Shown one piece after another: positions 40,352 to 56,272 of a DNA stretch of 64,000 nt. Under the pieces are notes generated by a model. The model ran no database searches and was not told where the DNA came from. It worked only from the letters and a program-made list of their open reading frames with translations. Each line of letters starts with the position of its first letter. The stretch's first letter is position 1. The position numbers were made by a program, and so were the translations under genes. Source of the stretch: the human T2T-CHM13v2.0 reference genome, Homo sapiens; NCBI RefSeq assembly GCF_009914755.1, contig NC_060927.1, one strand, 5' to 3'.

Positions 40352-42212
40352 AGCTATGGGAAAACGGGGTCGGCGGGTTGGGGACTCTGCAGTTTAGTAT
40401 GGCCCTGCTGGTAGGAGAGTGCCCTACAGCCCGGGTATTCATATACTGTGCTATACCTGTGTGGCCTTGTCCTGGAGGGATCTCATGCAGCGCTTTCTTT
40501 CTCTTCCTTAATTTTGTGAATAAACCAGAGAAAAGAAAGTAACCATACACAGCGCTGAAGTTACAAGTTACCTGCAAATTCTTGGAGTGAATGAACAATT
40601 CAAATCTTCTACTTATTCTATGTGAGAATTAATATAGTCTGAGCCTGCCTAACATTTAAGTTGCAGAAAAAGAATGTTTAAGGACCCCTTGTGTAAAAAA
40701 AAATGCTTAAAAGTCCATTACTGAAAATATTATATTTTGGAATTATGCTTAAAGTTTCACTGCTGAAATTACTTTGAAGGAAATGGCGTCTTCCAAAATA
40801 AAGTAACACGTAAAGCTGCCTTTTTCTTTGCACTATGAGAGGAATAAACTGAAAATGAATAGAGATCTAAGCCTCTGTTTGAAGAAGATCCAAGATCTGC
40901 GAAGAGGCCATAAGGAGAGGGGAAGTTGATAGGGACTTAAGAGGGAGTTGGCCAAAACAAACTTGGCTGCTTTGCAAGTTTCTCTGACTTGGTGATGCTG
41001 TGGGTGCCCGTCAATACAAAACTAATTCTGACCCAGTTGGTTATTTTCATCCTTTATTATTGGCAGCATTTATGGCATTTAACAATAATCCTATGCTAAA
41101 TTTGTAGGCAGAGGAGCATCTAGCTTTTAAGTAAGATTGTTTTCTCAGTGTTTTGGCAGAGCACAAACTACACACCATAAGGGACATTCTCTAACTCCGT
41201 TGAGCGTTATCCTTATTATTATTATTATTTCTTAAGGATATCACAAGTCTAGATTGTCTTTTTGACACTGTGATTCATCGTCATCTACCTTAAGGATCCC
41301 ATAATGTTAAAAAATCTCTTGGCCCTCAGGGGCAGATAGACTCATATCTCACTTGCTCCCCTAAAAGGCACAAAATCAAATTACACCAAAAGCCTCCTTA
41401 GAGTACAGCTCTTTGCCAATTACTTGAATTATTTTCAGCCACTTTGGCACATTTCCTCTCCAGCTGAAATGAAAATCTTTTACTCTGCCCCAGTGAAGGA
41501 TTTCATATTTCTTAGTGCTTCCACATATACTGTATAATGAGAATAAAAGCTTCTCTGCCTCACAGATCTTTTCGTACAGTGCCATAATGCAGGGAAAATA
41601 ACATCCATTTCTAACACATGAAGCCCACGTATTTTCTAAAGAAGAAGAGAAAGGCATTAACATTACACAAGAAAACTATTTGCTCTTTGCTTTAAATTTC
41701 CAAATTTGAGGACACCGGAGATTTCAGACTTCAAAACTACATACATCTGTGCTGAGACATAGACCCTCTAAGGTGCTTCATTATTGGCACTTAAAGCTGG
41801 TTTCATGAAACACCTGGTCTGAGTAAGCAATATGATCAGAGAGTGTCAGCAGGGCAGACAGATTTTAAATGGAAGATTGTTACTTACCCAGAAGCCATTT
41901 TGAAGCGAAAAACAGCATTATCAGCAAACCAGTAACAATAACTTAAACATCCCCAAGTGCATTATTAACACTTCTAGCCCTCTAAAGATTAGATGACTTC
42001 TTTATAAAAGTTTTTATGTCTCGAGAGAACATATTGTTCTCTGCATTTATCATTTTACAAAAATATTATTTTTCACCAATAGTCTTACTTTTATTATTCC
42101 GTCATCTTTTATTTTTGCTTCTGATAAGTGTTATTTCCTCTCTACCAGTGCCTGCAGCAGCCTGCACTGCAATCACTACCCATTGCTCAGTATTTGTCCG
42201 TTTTCTCAACAG

Positions 42213-42353
42213 CCCTTTGGATTGAAACTCTTGCCTGGAGCATTAAGAACTTGGGGGAGAAATCACTACTCACTGCTTTGCTCGCAATTCTCATTTGGAC
42301 TAGCGCTTGCAGAAACTGAGCTGAACTTTCCGCACTGTTATTGCATCTGTAAG
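42213..42353 (+). other. Candidate exon (141 nt)
   Basis: Acceptor 'tttgtccgttttctcaacag', donor AAG|GTAATT; unique sequence with retained CpGs; phase-0 frame is open for 47 codons but the peptide is not recognised. Confidence 0.45.
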
Positions 42354-42841
42354 GTAATTGCCTAAACTTGTTGAGCCAATCGGAATTGCTGTTGTTGACT
42401 TTTGCAAATGTGAAGAATCCGATGAAGCAATTTGTAAGCCATATGTGGTACATCCCTCTTTCCCCACTCAAAGTCATATTGCTCTCTATAGGATTTTGTG
42501 TGATCCTTATGAAACATCACACTCCAGAATTCTATTTTAAAAGCTTCAAACATTAGTGTTTAAAAAGTCATTCATATTTATGGGACCATTTTGTTGCCAA
42601 ATTCTTGTATTAAAAGAGGGTTAAAATTCTTTAGTAGTACTTTAATGTCTTGGAAAACTTACAGAAAAAAATTATTTAAAAAGAGAGAGAACAGATACAC
42701 ACACATTCATACAGTCTGTAAAATAGGGGAAATATTGTGTCATATGACTGTGTTACATTTTTTTCATCATAAAATTTGTGTTGAGTGCAGGGGCATTCAG
42801 AAATGTCTCATTACTATTGCTTCCTGAGTTGAAAAAATCGA

Positions 42842-43139
<298 letters not shown>

Positions 43140-43161
43140 AGAATGTTTGCTGTGTACATAA

Positions 43162-43170
43162 ACACACACA

Positions 43171-43210
<40 letters not shown>
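43162..43210. repeat. Compound (AC)n(GA)n microsatellite
   Basis: Seen directly. Confidence 0.95.
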
Positions 43211-43211
<1 letters not shown>

Positions 43212-45374
43212 TGAGGGATTTATACCTTCAGTAAAAGCACAGGGAATGTAAAAGCCTTATGTGTTCTCTCATTTAGAGAAATACTGAATGAAGAAATTAT
43301 AAATTTACTAGACCACATTCCTATCCTCACTTGTTACAAAATTTGAAGTACTTTCCTACATGAAAGAAGATATTGCTCTGACCCAGTTGAATCCTCACTG
43401 AATGCTTAACTAGCTAAATTATCCCCTTCATATTTGATGTCATGCAGGTCAGTATCTCTTCAAACAGAGAATTACTAAAAACTAGTCCAATTTCAAAAAA
43501 TTTTAAAACATTTTTCTCTCTTGCAGATCAGTGGTTAAAAAGATAAAATAATCACCTAAAGTAACCATAATTCCACAGATCCTGTTACACATATTTACCT
43601 TGCTGTCTCAATCTTTTTCTTAAAAAGCCACATTATTCACAAATCCAAGAATAATGTACTGACTTGGCCAAGAAAAGTACTATATTGGGACTCAAAGCAG
43701 AGGCCTAAGAAATTTAAGTTAACTTAAGACTATGCAAGTGATTACATTTACAAGACAGCACAGGTTATGCTGTTAAGTGAAGGCTGTAAGTTTAAGAAAC
43801 TTGAGAGTTCACCAGAATCAAAGTGGGGTGGAGGACAGACAGAGCTGACTGCAGCACTATCCATGGCAAGCAGCTGAGGCATTTCAGTGCAATGCGGTAA
43901 TTATAATGATTAATGAAAATCATAAATGGTTGTGCGATACTGTACTTCTGCAATGTGCTACATAATCATGACTGATACGATAATTATTCCTGAGCCATGT
44001 GAAGGGAATCAAAATCTGGGATTTCAACAGGAACCATGTTCTTATAGGAGGTAATAAAGGTTGTAAGAAAAATAGGAGGAAAATAACAATGGAAGTATAT
44101 ATCTTAGATTGAGCACAATGATAATTAATAACCTCTTAATAACAACTTATTCTAAGTGCTAAAAGGAGTTACACAACACCAAGATTATATAATATAGTCC
44201 TATTTCAAATAGAATTGTAATGTAATAAATTGAACCAGAGTAACAAAGCTGTATTCCATTGATCCATGAATAAAATATATGTATGTGGACAGATGTTGTA
44301 TATAGTTAATGAAAATATTCGCACGCAAGCAGAGGTACTGGTGAAGCAGATAACTATTAAGATACGGAATGAGTTTTAAAAGACAGTAAAGATTTACAGT
44401 AGGAGGTAAAAATTGTTTTCAAATATGATGAATGGAACAGAGGCTACTGTGAGAATATGGAACATTCTGAGAAAAATCTTAAAAGTACTCAACAGAAAAA
44501 ATTGGATGGGAAACTCATATAAGAACTGAGTTAGGGAGGGTGGAACAAGTTGATAGGCAATTTGGAAATCTGGCCAGGAATTCTGATATAAAAATTCAGG
44601 AAATTAAAGGCTTTTCAGAGATTTGAGGAAAGAGGCATGCAGGCATGCTTACAGAGGATAAAGCTGGCCATCAGAATGCTCTGAATATGAGGGCACAAAA
44701 TAAAAAGTAATTAAGAATGTAAAAAAATTGATATAGATTTCTGCTGCAAAATCACTTTATCTATAATTGGAAGATTCTCAGTCCTGGCTAACTAAGGAGA
44801 TTTTAATGCTAATTAGATTGTTGCAGTGAAAAGATCTTATTTTTTCACATAAACATCCTTCCCCCCCTCCCATTGACTACAAAAATATTTTCGTTTCACT
44901 TTATCGCAGCAGCTCATTTTGATTACACTCAGACCTCAGTGCATCACCTACACCTACCCAGCTAATCTGAGTAATTAAAGAAAAATGGTGCATGATGCAT
45001 TTATAGTTAAGTAAAATGAATATAAATCTTGCACAACAGCTGGATTCCTATACTTGGCAACACGGCACAGTTAGAGAAAAGCAATCATCTTCCTTTCCTG
45101 TTGGCAAAACACTTCACTGGTCTCTCCAATTTCAGCCCTCTTCAGGATTTAGTGCCTTCTCACTTTATAATGCATAGAACGCTACTTCCAGATGGACAGC
45201 CTTGTCATACGCTATTTTTATGCTGCACTTTAGAATTTTAAAGTGGGAGCAGTTATTCACCACACATGAAATGTATCACTTATTGTATACATTGGAGCAG
45301 CTTTTCAAATCAGCATGCTCAACCAGCTGCTGATGAGCTTTATACACTCAAATGAAAGAACGGAGGCTTAAGTT

Positions 45375-45670
45375 AGACAGTCAGCATACATTTGAATGTG
45401 CTTGTGTGAAGCTGACAGAGTTTGAGGACAACACAAAAGAAGAGAAGGTAAGACTCCTGCCCTTGAGGGGCTTCCAATCCTACATGGAGATTAAAACAAA
45501 ACTTATACCCTTGACAAGAATTTGAAGGCAGAAAGCATCCTAGTACCTGTGTTATGCATACCCAGGTGCTGAAGAAATGAGAGAGAGAGAGAGAGAGGGA
45601 GAGAGATCAAAATTGGGCTGGCGTGTTGGAGAAGGGTTCCAGAAGCAGTTCACTAAGTCTTAAAGGAAAT
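45375..45670 (-). mobile_element. L2 remnant containing a (GA)n run
   Basis: 'catttgaatgtgcttgtgtg...gactcctgcccttgaggggcttccaatc'. Confidence 0.55.
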
Positions 45671-45915
45671 TATTTACATTTCAATGCAAAAGCCTTTATT
45701 GGTAGTATATTTTCTTTTTAACAGGAGAAAAACTTCACAAATATCATTTAAAGCATCTACGTAATTGTTTTGGTTGGATTGTAAAAGATATATAAAGGCT
45801 TGAGGTATGACATTAGAAAATGAATAAAAAATTAGGTACTTGGATTTGAGATATACAGAAAATAGAGAACCATTAGAGATAATAGAAAGCATGAAAATAG
45901 TATTTTTAAAAGAAA

Positions 45916-48237
<2,322 letters not shown>

Positions 48238-49862
48238 ACAAACGGCATTTAAAGAAGACTGGTTTCTTAACTGTTTGTAGAAACATGGGGCAAAGATCCA
48301 AAATCAGCTGAGTAACTCAAGCATTAAAGGGATAAGGGCCTGATCTTGAGAGCTGGCTATAGAAATGGATAAGGAGTGGTATGTTCTCTATTAAATCTTA
48401 ATTCTGTATATAAATTACTTTTATCTTTTTCAAATAAGTTTGGGATTTTAGTGGCTTGTCAGGGTAGTCTTATGAGGTCAAGCCAATGAGAGACATTGCT
48501 ACCATTTTTAGCAGGGCGATGGTGTGTGGAAATGCTTGCTGAATAAAGTGGGGTTACAGGAAATGTCAACTTTTGGGAAGCATCTTAATTAAAAAGGAAT
48601 GTTTCTTTTTGTTTCTTTCCATGCACCATACACTCTGAATCATCATCATATGGTATTAACTTATAAATCAGATAATTGTTCACATCTTGGGCATTGAGTC
48701 ATTTCTTTTCTGAGAGTAGTTTGCACTGAGTTTGAGAGACACTTCATCTTTCAGCTAAAGATGGTGTTTAATGATTCTATGGAATTCTGCTCTGTAGACC
48801 AGAGGGATATGATAAATCACTATTAATACTGGGCTGACTATAGATGTGATTCTGTGAGTCTGGGGGTGGATGGTGAATGGGGTGATAACTGTATGATTTC
48901 TGAAAGCTCTACAGGTACTAATTTGGAATCCTGACTTTCTCTCTAAAACCAGTCATGAAAAAAATTGACTTACGAAGTTTTGGAAGTGGAGAGTTGGGGT
49001 AGAGGGCATTTCTTTATATAATACTTTGTTGTTATTGATATTTCCCCTCTAGAGACCTTTTCTGTCACTGCATAATGCTTTCTGTCTCTCAACCTACATG
49101 CAAATACGTGCAGTAAAATGTGTACAGATAGCTAGATGGCCTTCTCTTAACATTTGCATTTAAAATTTTGCTAGTTTACGTTGTTCAGTGAAAGTGCCTG
49201 TGTTTTATCAACTGTTAAATTTAAAAATCTTTGGCCTTTACATAAACATTGTTGCCATTCACTAGGGATGTCAATTTGTTTTGGTAACAAATCCACTCTT
49301 TTTTCAAAATTTACCACTCTGCTTCATCACATCTCATAACTGAACACTGGATTGTCATAGTTGATATCTGTCTTAACAGCTTACCAACCTAACTACCTTA
49401 ATCTCTGTGGCTCTGTGCATTACTGGCCCTGACTACTGTCATTAAAGCTTTCACCTCTTCTTTTCTACCTGCTTCCAAGTACCAGTATTGCTTCAATCAC
49501 CTTCTTTTTTGAATCAAAGAAAATACTGTAATCCCTAATAAGTATGACAGTGCTTATGTGGACAGTGAAATAGAGTATCAACATTGCTCAGGAAAATACA
49601 AGCTCTGTGGTATGTAATTTATGATGCTTTGGTTGCAAGCAACAAAGAACAATGTGCAAAATTTCTTAAGTGATATTAGAATTTATTATCTCAGATAAGA
49701 ACCCAGAGATGTCATTTTAGGGTTTGTTAACTCAGTGGGTCAACATTATCCTCAGTAACTTAGGTTTGTACCATCTCTCCATTTGTGTCCTGTCATCCTC
49801 AGTGTATTGTCCCATGTCCTCAGGCTACACCCCTTAGAAATATAGGTGTGCTGCAGCAACCT

Positions 49863-50307
49863 TGTATTAGTTTACTAGGTCTGCTAACAAAGTACCACAA
49901 ACTAGGTAGCTAAGACAAGAGAAATTTGTTGTTTCACAGTTCTGGAGACTGGAAGTCTGAAATCAAGGTGTGGGCTGAGTTGGTTCCTTCTGTGATATAT
50001 GTGAAGAATCTGTTTCCTGCTTCCCTCCGAGCTTCTAGTTGTTTACTGGCATTCCATGGCTTGTAGATGCATCATTTCAATTTCTGCCTTCATCCTCCTA
50101 TGACGTTCTCCTTGTGTCTGTCTTTACATGACCATTTTCTTATAAGGTCACTAGTCATATTGGATCAGGGGCCAATCTTACTCCAATATGGTCTCATCTT
50201 AACTAATTACATGTGCAGTGATCCTGTTTCCAAATAAAGTTATATTCTGAGGTATGAGAGTTAATGTTTCAACATTTTTTTAGGAGAACACAGTTTAATC
50301 CATGACA
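49863..50307 (-). mobile_element. MLT1C-type solo LTR
   Basis: 'tgtattagttt...aacaaagtaccacaaact...cacagttctggagactggaagtctgaaatcaaggtgt...ctcatcttaactaattaca...ccatgaca'. Confidence 0.9.
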
Positions 50308-50506
50308 AAGCCCTTGTATCATATCTTCATATAGCAATGTTCAAAGGCTGAAAGAGCAAACATTTCCTTATTTTCCTTTTCCCCCAGTCCCCCCAGCCCC
50401 AACAGACACAATAGACTTTCCCAGGTGTCTCATTGGCATGGAAAATATTGCCTGTCTTTATTTAAACCAATCAGAGTAAGTGGAATCACTGTGATAGGTT
50501 TATACT

Positions 50507-50711
50507 AGAGTCTGGGAAACTTTATCTGTAAAGAACCGAAAGGTGATAGTTTAGGCTTTGTGTGGCAGATACTTTATACTGCAACTACTCATTGTAGCAT
50601 ACATACATTCACAGACTATAATAAATGGATATGGCTGTATCTCTGTAATTTTTTTTACAAAAACAAGCAGTGGCTGTATTTGACCTGAGGGCCAGAGTTT
50701 GTCAGCCCTTG
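50507..50711 (+). mobile_element. MER58A
   Basis: 'aaactttatctgtaaagaacc...tttaggctttg...tttacaaaaacaagcagtgg...gtttgtcagcccttg'. Confidence 0.85.
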
Positions 50712-50934
50712 CTTTAGATTAATACAAATGTACTATCTAAAGTTGGTGACTGACCCCATCTTCTTGGAAGTATAGAACTAATTTTTCACTTTATTTTTAA
50801 AGAAAGGAAGAAGTTTAATATTTTTTGGGAGGCAACATATGGTCAATGTAAGTATAGCATACAGCCTTTCTAATTTTGGGTCTCTTTTGGTACATCTTGC
50901 CATAACTACTCATTTGAAAATGCTTCCTTGCAAA

Positions 50935-51120
50935 AAAGGTGTTGAGTATAGGAGTCACGATGTCTTGGGAAGCTAGATGACTATTAGCAACTTGCTAGTA
51001 ACATCTGTTAAACCCTCTGTGCCTAAATTTTTCATTAGTGAATTGGAGGTGATAATAATAGTACTACCTTATATCTAGAGTCTTATATCATTTTTATGTA
51101 GATTAAATGATAACCTAGAA
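50935..51120 (+). mobile_element. MIR remnant
   Basis: 'aaccctctgtgcctaaatttttcattagtgaattggaggtgataataatagta'. Confidence 0.65.
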
Positions 51121-52014
51121 ATGATCCTCCATTTACTTGAATGATTGTAAATGATTTTATTTTGAGTATATGGCCTATTTCCACATTGTGGAGGCACCAG
51201 AACTTGAGGTAAAATTTTATACAAACTTGCTTTCCCAAATAGTATTCTTTCTGCTAATAGCCCCTTCAGGATGAATGAATTAATTCATGTAATTATATAT
51301 ATGAATGAGCCATAGATACAAGGATGATCTACAATACAAGAAATAATAAGACACCAAGTTTAATTAATGGTACTCATGATCACAGCTGGAGAAAAATGGA
51401 CCACAGCACAATAGATTGAGCCTGTGGATTTGGATTCTGTTGGCCTCTACAATCAATATGGATCACCCTAGGATGGAAAGAGCAGTAGAGATCCATATTG
51501 ATGACAACAGGCAGAGGCAGCCCTTGAGATCTGTGCCTGCATTGCTCTTGTTGGTTTTTATCGCTTATTCGTAAATGCAGTGTAACTGATTCTGTGTTGT
51601 ATTCTGTTATTGCTACTTGCTCCATAGGTACTGGATTCACAGCACTATTGTTTACTCAGGAAGAGAGAAATCTTAGAATGGCAAACTTGTCTTTTACTTC
51701 TTTTCTTCTCTCTATGACTCACATTGGTGATGTCATTCTACAGAACACTAATTCAACTACTACACATTTCTTTTTTTTCAGAAGGCCCTTAAAACCTGCA
51801 TAAGATGGCATTATTGAATAAGCCCTCCCATCATCTTTCCATATTTATTTCTAATCAAAGTTGGACTTGAATTTCCTTATTGTTGAATTTCAGAATTTTA
51901 GAAAGTGAAGAGACCTTTGCCATCATATGGAGCCAATCAAATCAATACAAAAAAGGATTGGATTGACGTTATATAGCCATTAATGACAAATAATCAATGT
52001 TCTTTACGCTACAG

Positions 52015-52360
52015 AATTTGTATTGTGAAAAATTTCCAAACACATGCAAATTTAAGACAACAGTATAATGAGTCCCCTATGGGCCTATTAGATTGGTAAT
52101 ATGGGAAAGGCTCTACAATTTTCAATTCTTGCCTTATTTCCAGTACGCTTACGCTGACCACATTTCCTGGTTTAAACCAAGCCATGACTGTTAATGATCT
52201 TAACTCTCCATTTATTTTTCAAATGTGTTCTATTTTGGATAATGAATTACATGGTCACCCTCTCAGCATACCTTACTAACCTCTGCCCACTGTCTAGCTC
52301 CATACACACTGACACTGGATTATTTTGAAACGAATCCCAGACCTTGTATCAGTTCATCTT
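52015..52360 (-). mobile_element. L1MC/ME 3' fragments flanking MER94
   Basis: 'gaaaaatttccaaacacatgcaaa...cagtataatgagtccc' and 'ctggattattttgaaacgaatcccagac'. Confidence 0.55.
52151..52261 (-). mobile_element. MER94-like (hAT-Blackjack MITE)
   Basis: Degenerate terminal inverted repeats 'acgctgaccac' / 'atggtcaccct'; 'tttggataatgaattacatggtcaccct'. Confidence 0.65.
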
Positions 52361-53425
52361 TGAATATTTTTTGCACAAATAGATTTCTTGTTAAGAATCT
52401 TTAGCTTGCCATATGTCCATTTTCTCTAAAACCATATTAAAATACTAATCAAAAATAAAATATTTGGAGGTACACAATGCCAGAGTCATGCAGGATAATA
52501 TGTTCTTCCTCTTTTTCCTCCTCTTTCTTTATTTTTGAGTTGTGTTTTTATGTTCCAGATGGACTATTTTGACTAAATTGACTAATCAATGTCGACCTGT
52601 GTGACTCATTATTTGACTTGAGGGACTGATTATTTAATGGTTTAGACAAATCCATTGGTAGTTTTGGCACCTGCAGACGTACTTCAGTTGCTAAAAATAT
52701 GATATATGGGATGTAGTTTAGGGCTGTGGTAAGAAAAAATAAGTTAGTTCTTATAATTATTCCTCCTGTATGACTTAGTAATTATAAAATTAAACACATA
52801 GAAAAAAACTCCTCAGTTTTAAACACGCTTCAAAAAGATCTAGAAATTGTCAATTTTTTTTCTACCACTATATAAAATATCTACTGGAATAACCTGCATG
52901 GATTCGAAGAATAGTTGAAACATGTGAGAGGTTTCTATCAGTCAATATGAGGCTTTCACATAATGTGCTATTTTGGAGCTGGGGGAGGGCTTTGTTTATA
53001 TGTAACACAATCTTGTGTGTAACGTGGTGATTTAATTACCAGTTGTTGCCTTTTCCTTTCTAAATTTTAAGAAGGCTAAGACAGTAGTGATGTTGAAAGA
53101 GAGGACCAACATGGTTAACTCCTACTAAATAATTATTTTTAGATAAAGCAGACAGTATCTTTATTCCTCTCAATATCATCATACAAAGCTTTCTCTGCTC
53201 TTGGAATTTACTTCCTAAGATTCCAGATTGAGCCATTGCAAAGATTACAACCACTTGGGAATATTCTATTCAATACAAACCAATAGAGTCCAAGTAAATT
53301 TCCAGCTGAGACATTTTGAGCAAATTGTATGTCAGGTTTTTTGTGTAGTAGCAAAAGTCCCAAGACCTTTTGACAAGATCTGAATCTTTTAGTTCATTTG
53401 AAAAGGACAAAATCAAGACAGTCTT

Positions 53426-53461
53426 GTGTATGTGTATGTGTGTGTGTGCGTGTGTGTGTGT
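53426..53461. repeat. Imperfect (TG)n microsatellite
   Basis: Seen directly. Confidence 0.9.
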
Positions 53462-55664
53462 GGTGTATAATGTACTTATATATTGCTATATAGAGACATT
53501 TTGTCTTTAGATTTTTTTCTATAGCAAGATAAAAATCAAAAAATCAATTTCTTCTGAATGCATTAAATCAAGAGAACAGTGGTTAGACTGAAGTTTTTTT
53601 TTTTTTTAACATTAAAACCCTAAAATTCCTATTTATTATCTTCTGTCACTTAAAATCCAATCCAATCTGGTTCAAGCACAAATATCATTTGTCATAGAAT
53701 TGAAGATACTGGGATTCATATCCAATCTTGATCCATTTCTTGATTAGTTTCTCTCTCCCTCTCTCTCTTTCTCTCCCTTGCTTTCTTTTAAGATTTTTGG
53801 TTTCTCTTGAGGTCTCTTTACCTTTGGGGCATAACAGCTCAAAAAACCTCTGTGTTAGAAGTTACAGCATAATTCGCTTTACTTGGCCCTGTGTTTATGA
53901 CATGATTGGTATCTGTGAGCAGGTAGGGAATTGGAAAAAATGTTCCATCTGACTCTGAATGTGGCATAGTCTGATTACAGCAGACACTATGAGACAGATC
54001 TCTTTACTCTGATCCTAGGAATATCCTATTGCTCTTTTACTGACACCAGGAATAGTTCTGTCTTTTTAACCTTCTCCAGAGATAAGATTATTCCTGGTTC
54101 TGGGCCTTGACTATAACTCTAGCGTTATCAGTTGTCAAGGCATGCTCTCTACAACCTTAATACATCCTGGCAATCACTATACTGAATGATTCTGTGTCCT
54201 AACCTCGAACAAATTCTCATCTTGGCCACGTTTTGCAAAAATTTTCAAGTACACATGAAGCTAATGAAAAGAGGTTAAACCCAAAGCTTTTAGCTTAATT
54301 GTGCATGCAGTCAAGGTAGAAGAGTCAGAATGCTGCATCTTCCTGCTGCAGTGACTTGTATTTTCTTGTCGTTAAGCCCTAAACCTTTCTAGGCTGGTAT
54401 GCATAAATAAGAAGATAAGAGAAATGAACTTGTGTCCTGAATATGGAACTCTAAACACTTAGAAAAGAACCTTCCTTAAGAGTGGGCAGAAATCTGTTCA
54501 TCTTCACAAACCCAAGGAACAAGGCACAGGTCTACTAACTATAGAAAGATGGAGATAAGAACAGCTGGAAAAAGCTTAAATGGCACATTTTTTTCTCATT
54601 TACATCTTCTTCATGGTTCTGATTTTCCTCCAAGGAACCATTTCAGAAAGCAAATGAAGAAATGTACCTGGGAATTCATAATCTACTGAAAGAACTACAC
54701 AATGAAGACGTTTTAAAGTGAGGAAAAATTTTTGTAGATGCTACTTAATTTTTTAATGGTCACCAGCCTTAACTGATATTCTATAGATAGGCCTAATGTA
54801 AATTTTGGATGAAATTTTGAAATATCTGAACATTTGTTTTGGCAAATGTCAGGGTGTCTTTTGGACTGAAAATACCTTTGTTAGTTTCAGACGATCAGAC
54901 AGTTTTATATGCAAAATGACTTTCTGGAGAAACAAGCATTTCATTAGGCAGCTGCCTGGAAATGTTAAGAGATGCTAATTGCTTGGCAGACTTGGAGGAG
55001 CAGGGAGCACAGAGGGATGCTCTTGTTACCCCAATTCATGGAAAGCAGAAAGTGACACTAAGCCGAAGCTAAGAAATCTGTTTTCTGGTTGTGATGCTAC
55101 TTTCTTGATTCTTAAAGGAAGCTTTATATGTTTTCTGGTAAAACAGGTAAAAATTCAAGACAGAGCAGAACAATTTAAATTCTCAAATTCTGGAGAATCT
55201 CAAACCAAGTAATTGTCCTTGAAGGACCAGATGTCTCTCCCAAGAAATCATCATTCTTACAATTAAAAAATCCTCCAATATTATTAATAAGTACTAAACA
55301 AATAATATCACACTTTGAGATAGTTAATTGCTGCTCGTCAGTTTGAGTCCTAAGAAGCAATAATACGATAAGTACCTACCTACACATTATAGCTAATAAG
55401 CTGCTATCAGATCTTTACTAAAAAAAAATTATTGATTTTTTGGCCATATTACTGCACATTTATACCTTAAACACTCAAGTCTTTAGTTAAGAAATTGCAT
55501 CATTCATTGCTTAAAAAATGAAACAGCCTGCTGAATAAATGTCTTCTAATTATTAAATAACTACATTTTAGGTTTTTCAGAGTATTTGAATAGTTTCAAG
55601 AGTTATTTGGGTCTTAAACAAAACATGGTATTCTCAACAGTTATTTATGCCTCATAACAAAACC

Positions 55665-55914
55665 AAAGCACATTTACTGAGTGTTTTTCAATGTGTCAGG
55701 TACTGTTCTAGTGATTAGCATCTATTAGCTAATTTAATCCTTATGATGATCATATCAGGGTGGTGCTATCATTATCATCCTCCTCAATTTACAGAAAAGA
55801 AAACAGACACATGGAATTCAAGTAACGTGCCTAGAGTCCTACAGTCAGGAGATTGGTAGAGCAAGAGTTGAACCCAATTAGTCTGAATCCAGCACCTATA
55901 CCTTACACACTACA
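55665..55914 (-). mobile_element. Near full-length MIR
   Basis: 'catttactgagtg...atttaatcctt...tttacagaaaagaaaacagac...aagtaacgtgcctagagtc...tgaacccaattagtctg'. Confidence 0.85.
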
Positions 55915-56098
55915 TCAATGTTTCTCAAACTTCGGTTTGCATCAGAATTACTCAAAGCTTGTTAAAATACAGGTTACTGGGTCCCAGTCCCAAAGTTCTT
56001 GGTTCAATATCTATAAAGTAGGGCCAGAAATTTGCATTTTAATAAGTTCCTAGATAATGCTGATGCTACTGGTCTGGAGTCTACATTCGAGAACTTTG
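55915..56098. mobile_element. MER5A
   Basis: 'gtttctcaaactt...tgcatcagaattac...cttgttaaaatacag...tttgcattttaataagttcc...gctgatgctactggtc'. Confidence 0.88.
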
Positions 56099-56139
56099 CA
56101 CTGTGCTATAGTAGCATTTAATTTACTTAGAATCACCAT

Positions 56140-56272
56140 TTCTTCCACTGAGATAGACTGTAGTCTCTTTGAGGGCAGAGAGAGTATGTGTTGTATTCAG
56201 TTTTCAACTTCCTATAGCTAATGTTTGCAAGTAGCAAGTACCCAGTGTCTGTTCGAAGTATGAATGAATGAA
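56140..56272 (+). mobile_element. L2 3' end
   Basis: 'tagactgtagtctctttgagggcagaga...atgaatgaatgaa'. Confidence 0.7.

Larger units (their letters stand above)
49613..50850 (-). mobile_element. MLT1J-like MaLR LTR hosting MLT1C and MER58A
   Basis: 'gctttggttgcaagcaac', 'gctgcagcaac', 'cccaggtgtctcattggc', 'taaaccaatca', 'gggaggcaac'. Confidence 0.65.

Noticed and set aside
42016-42556. Cluster of overlapping short ORFs in several frames
   Set aside because: All under 100 aa with no recognised product; reflects locally stop-poor sequence around the exon candidate.
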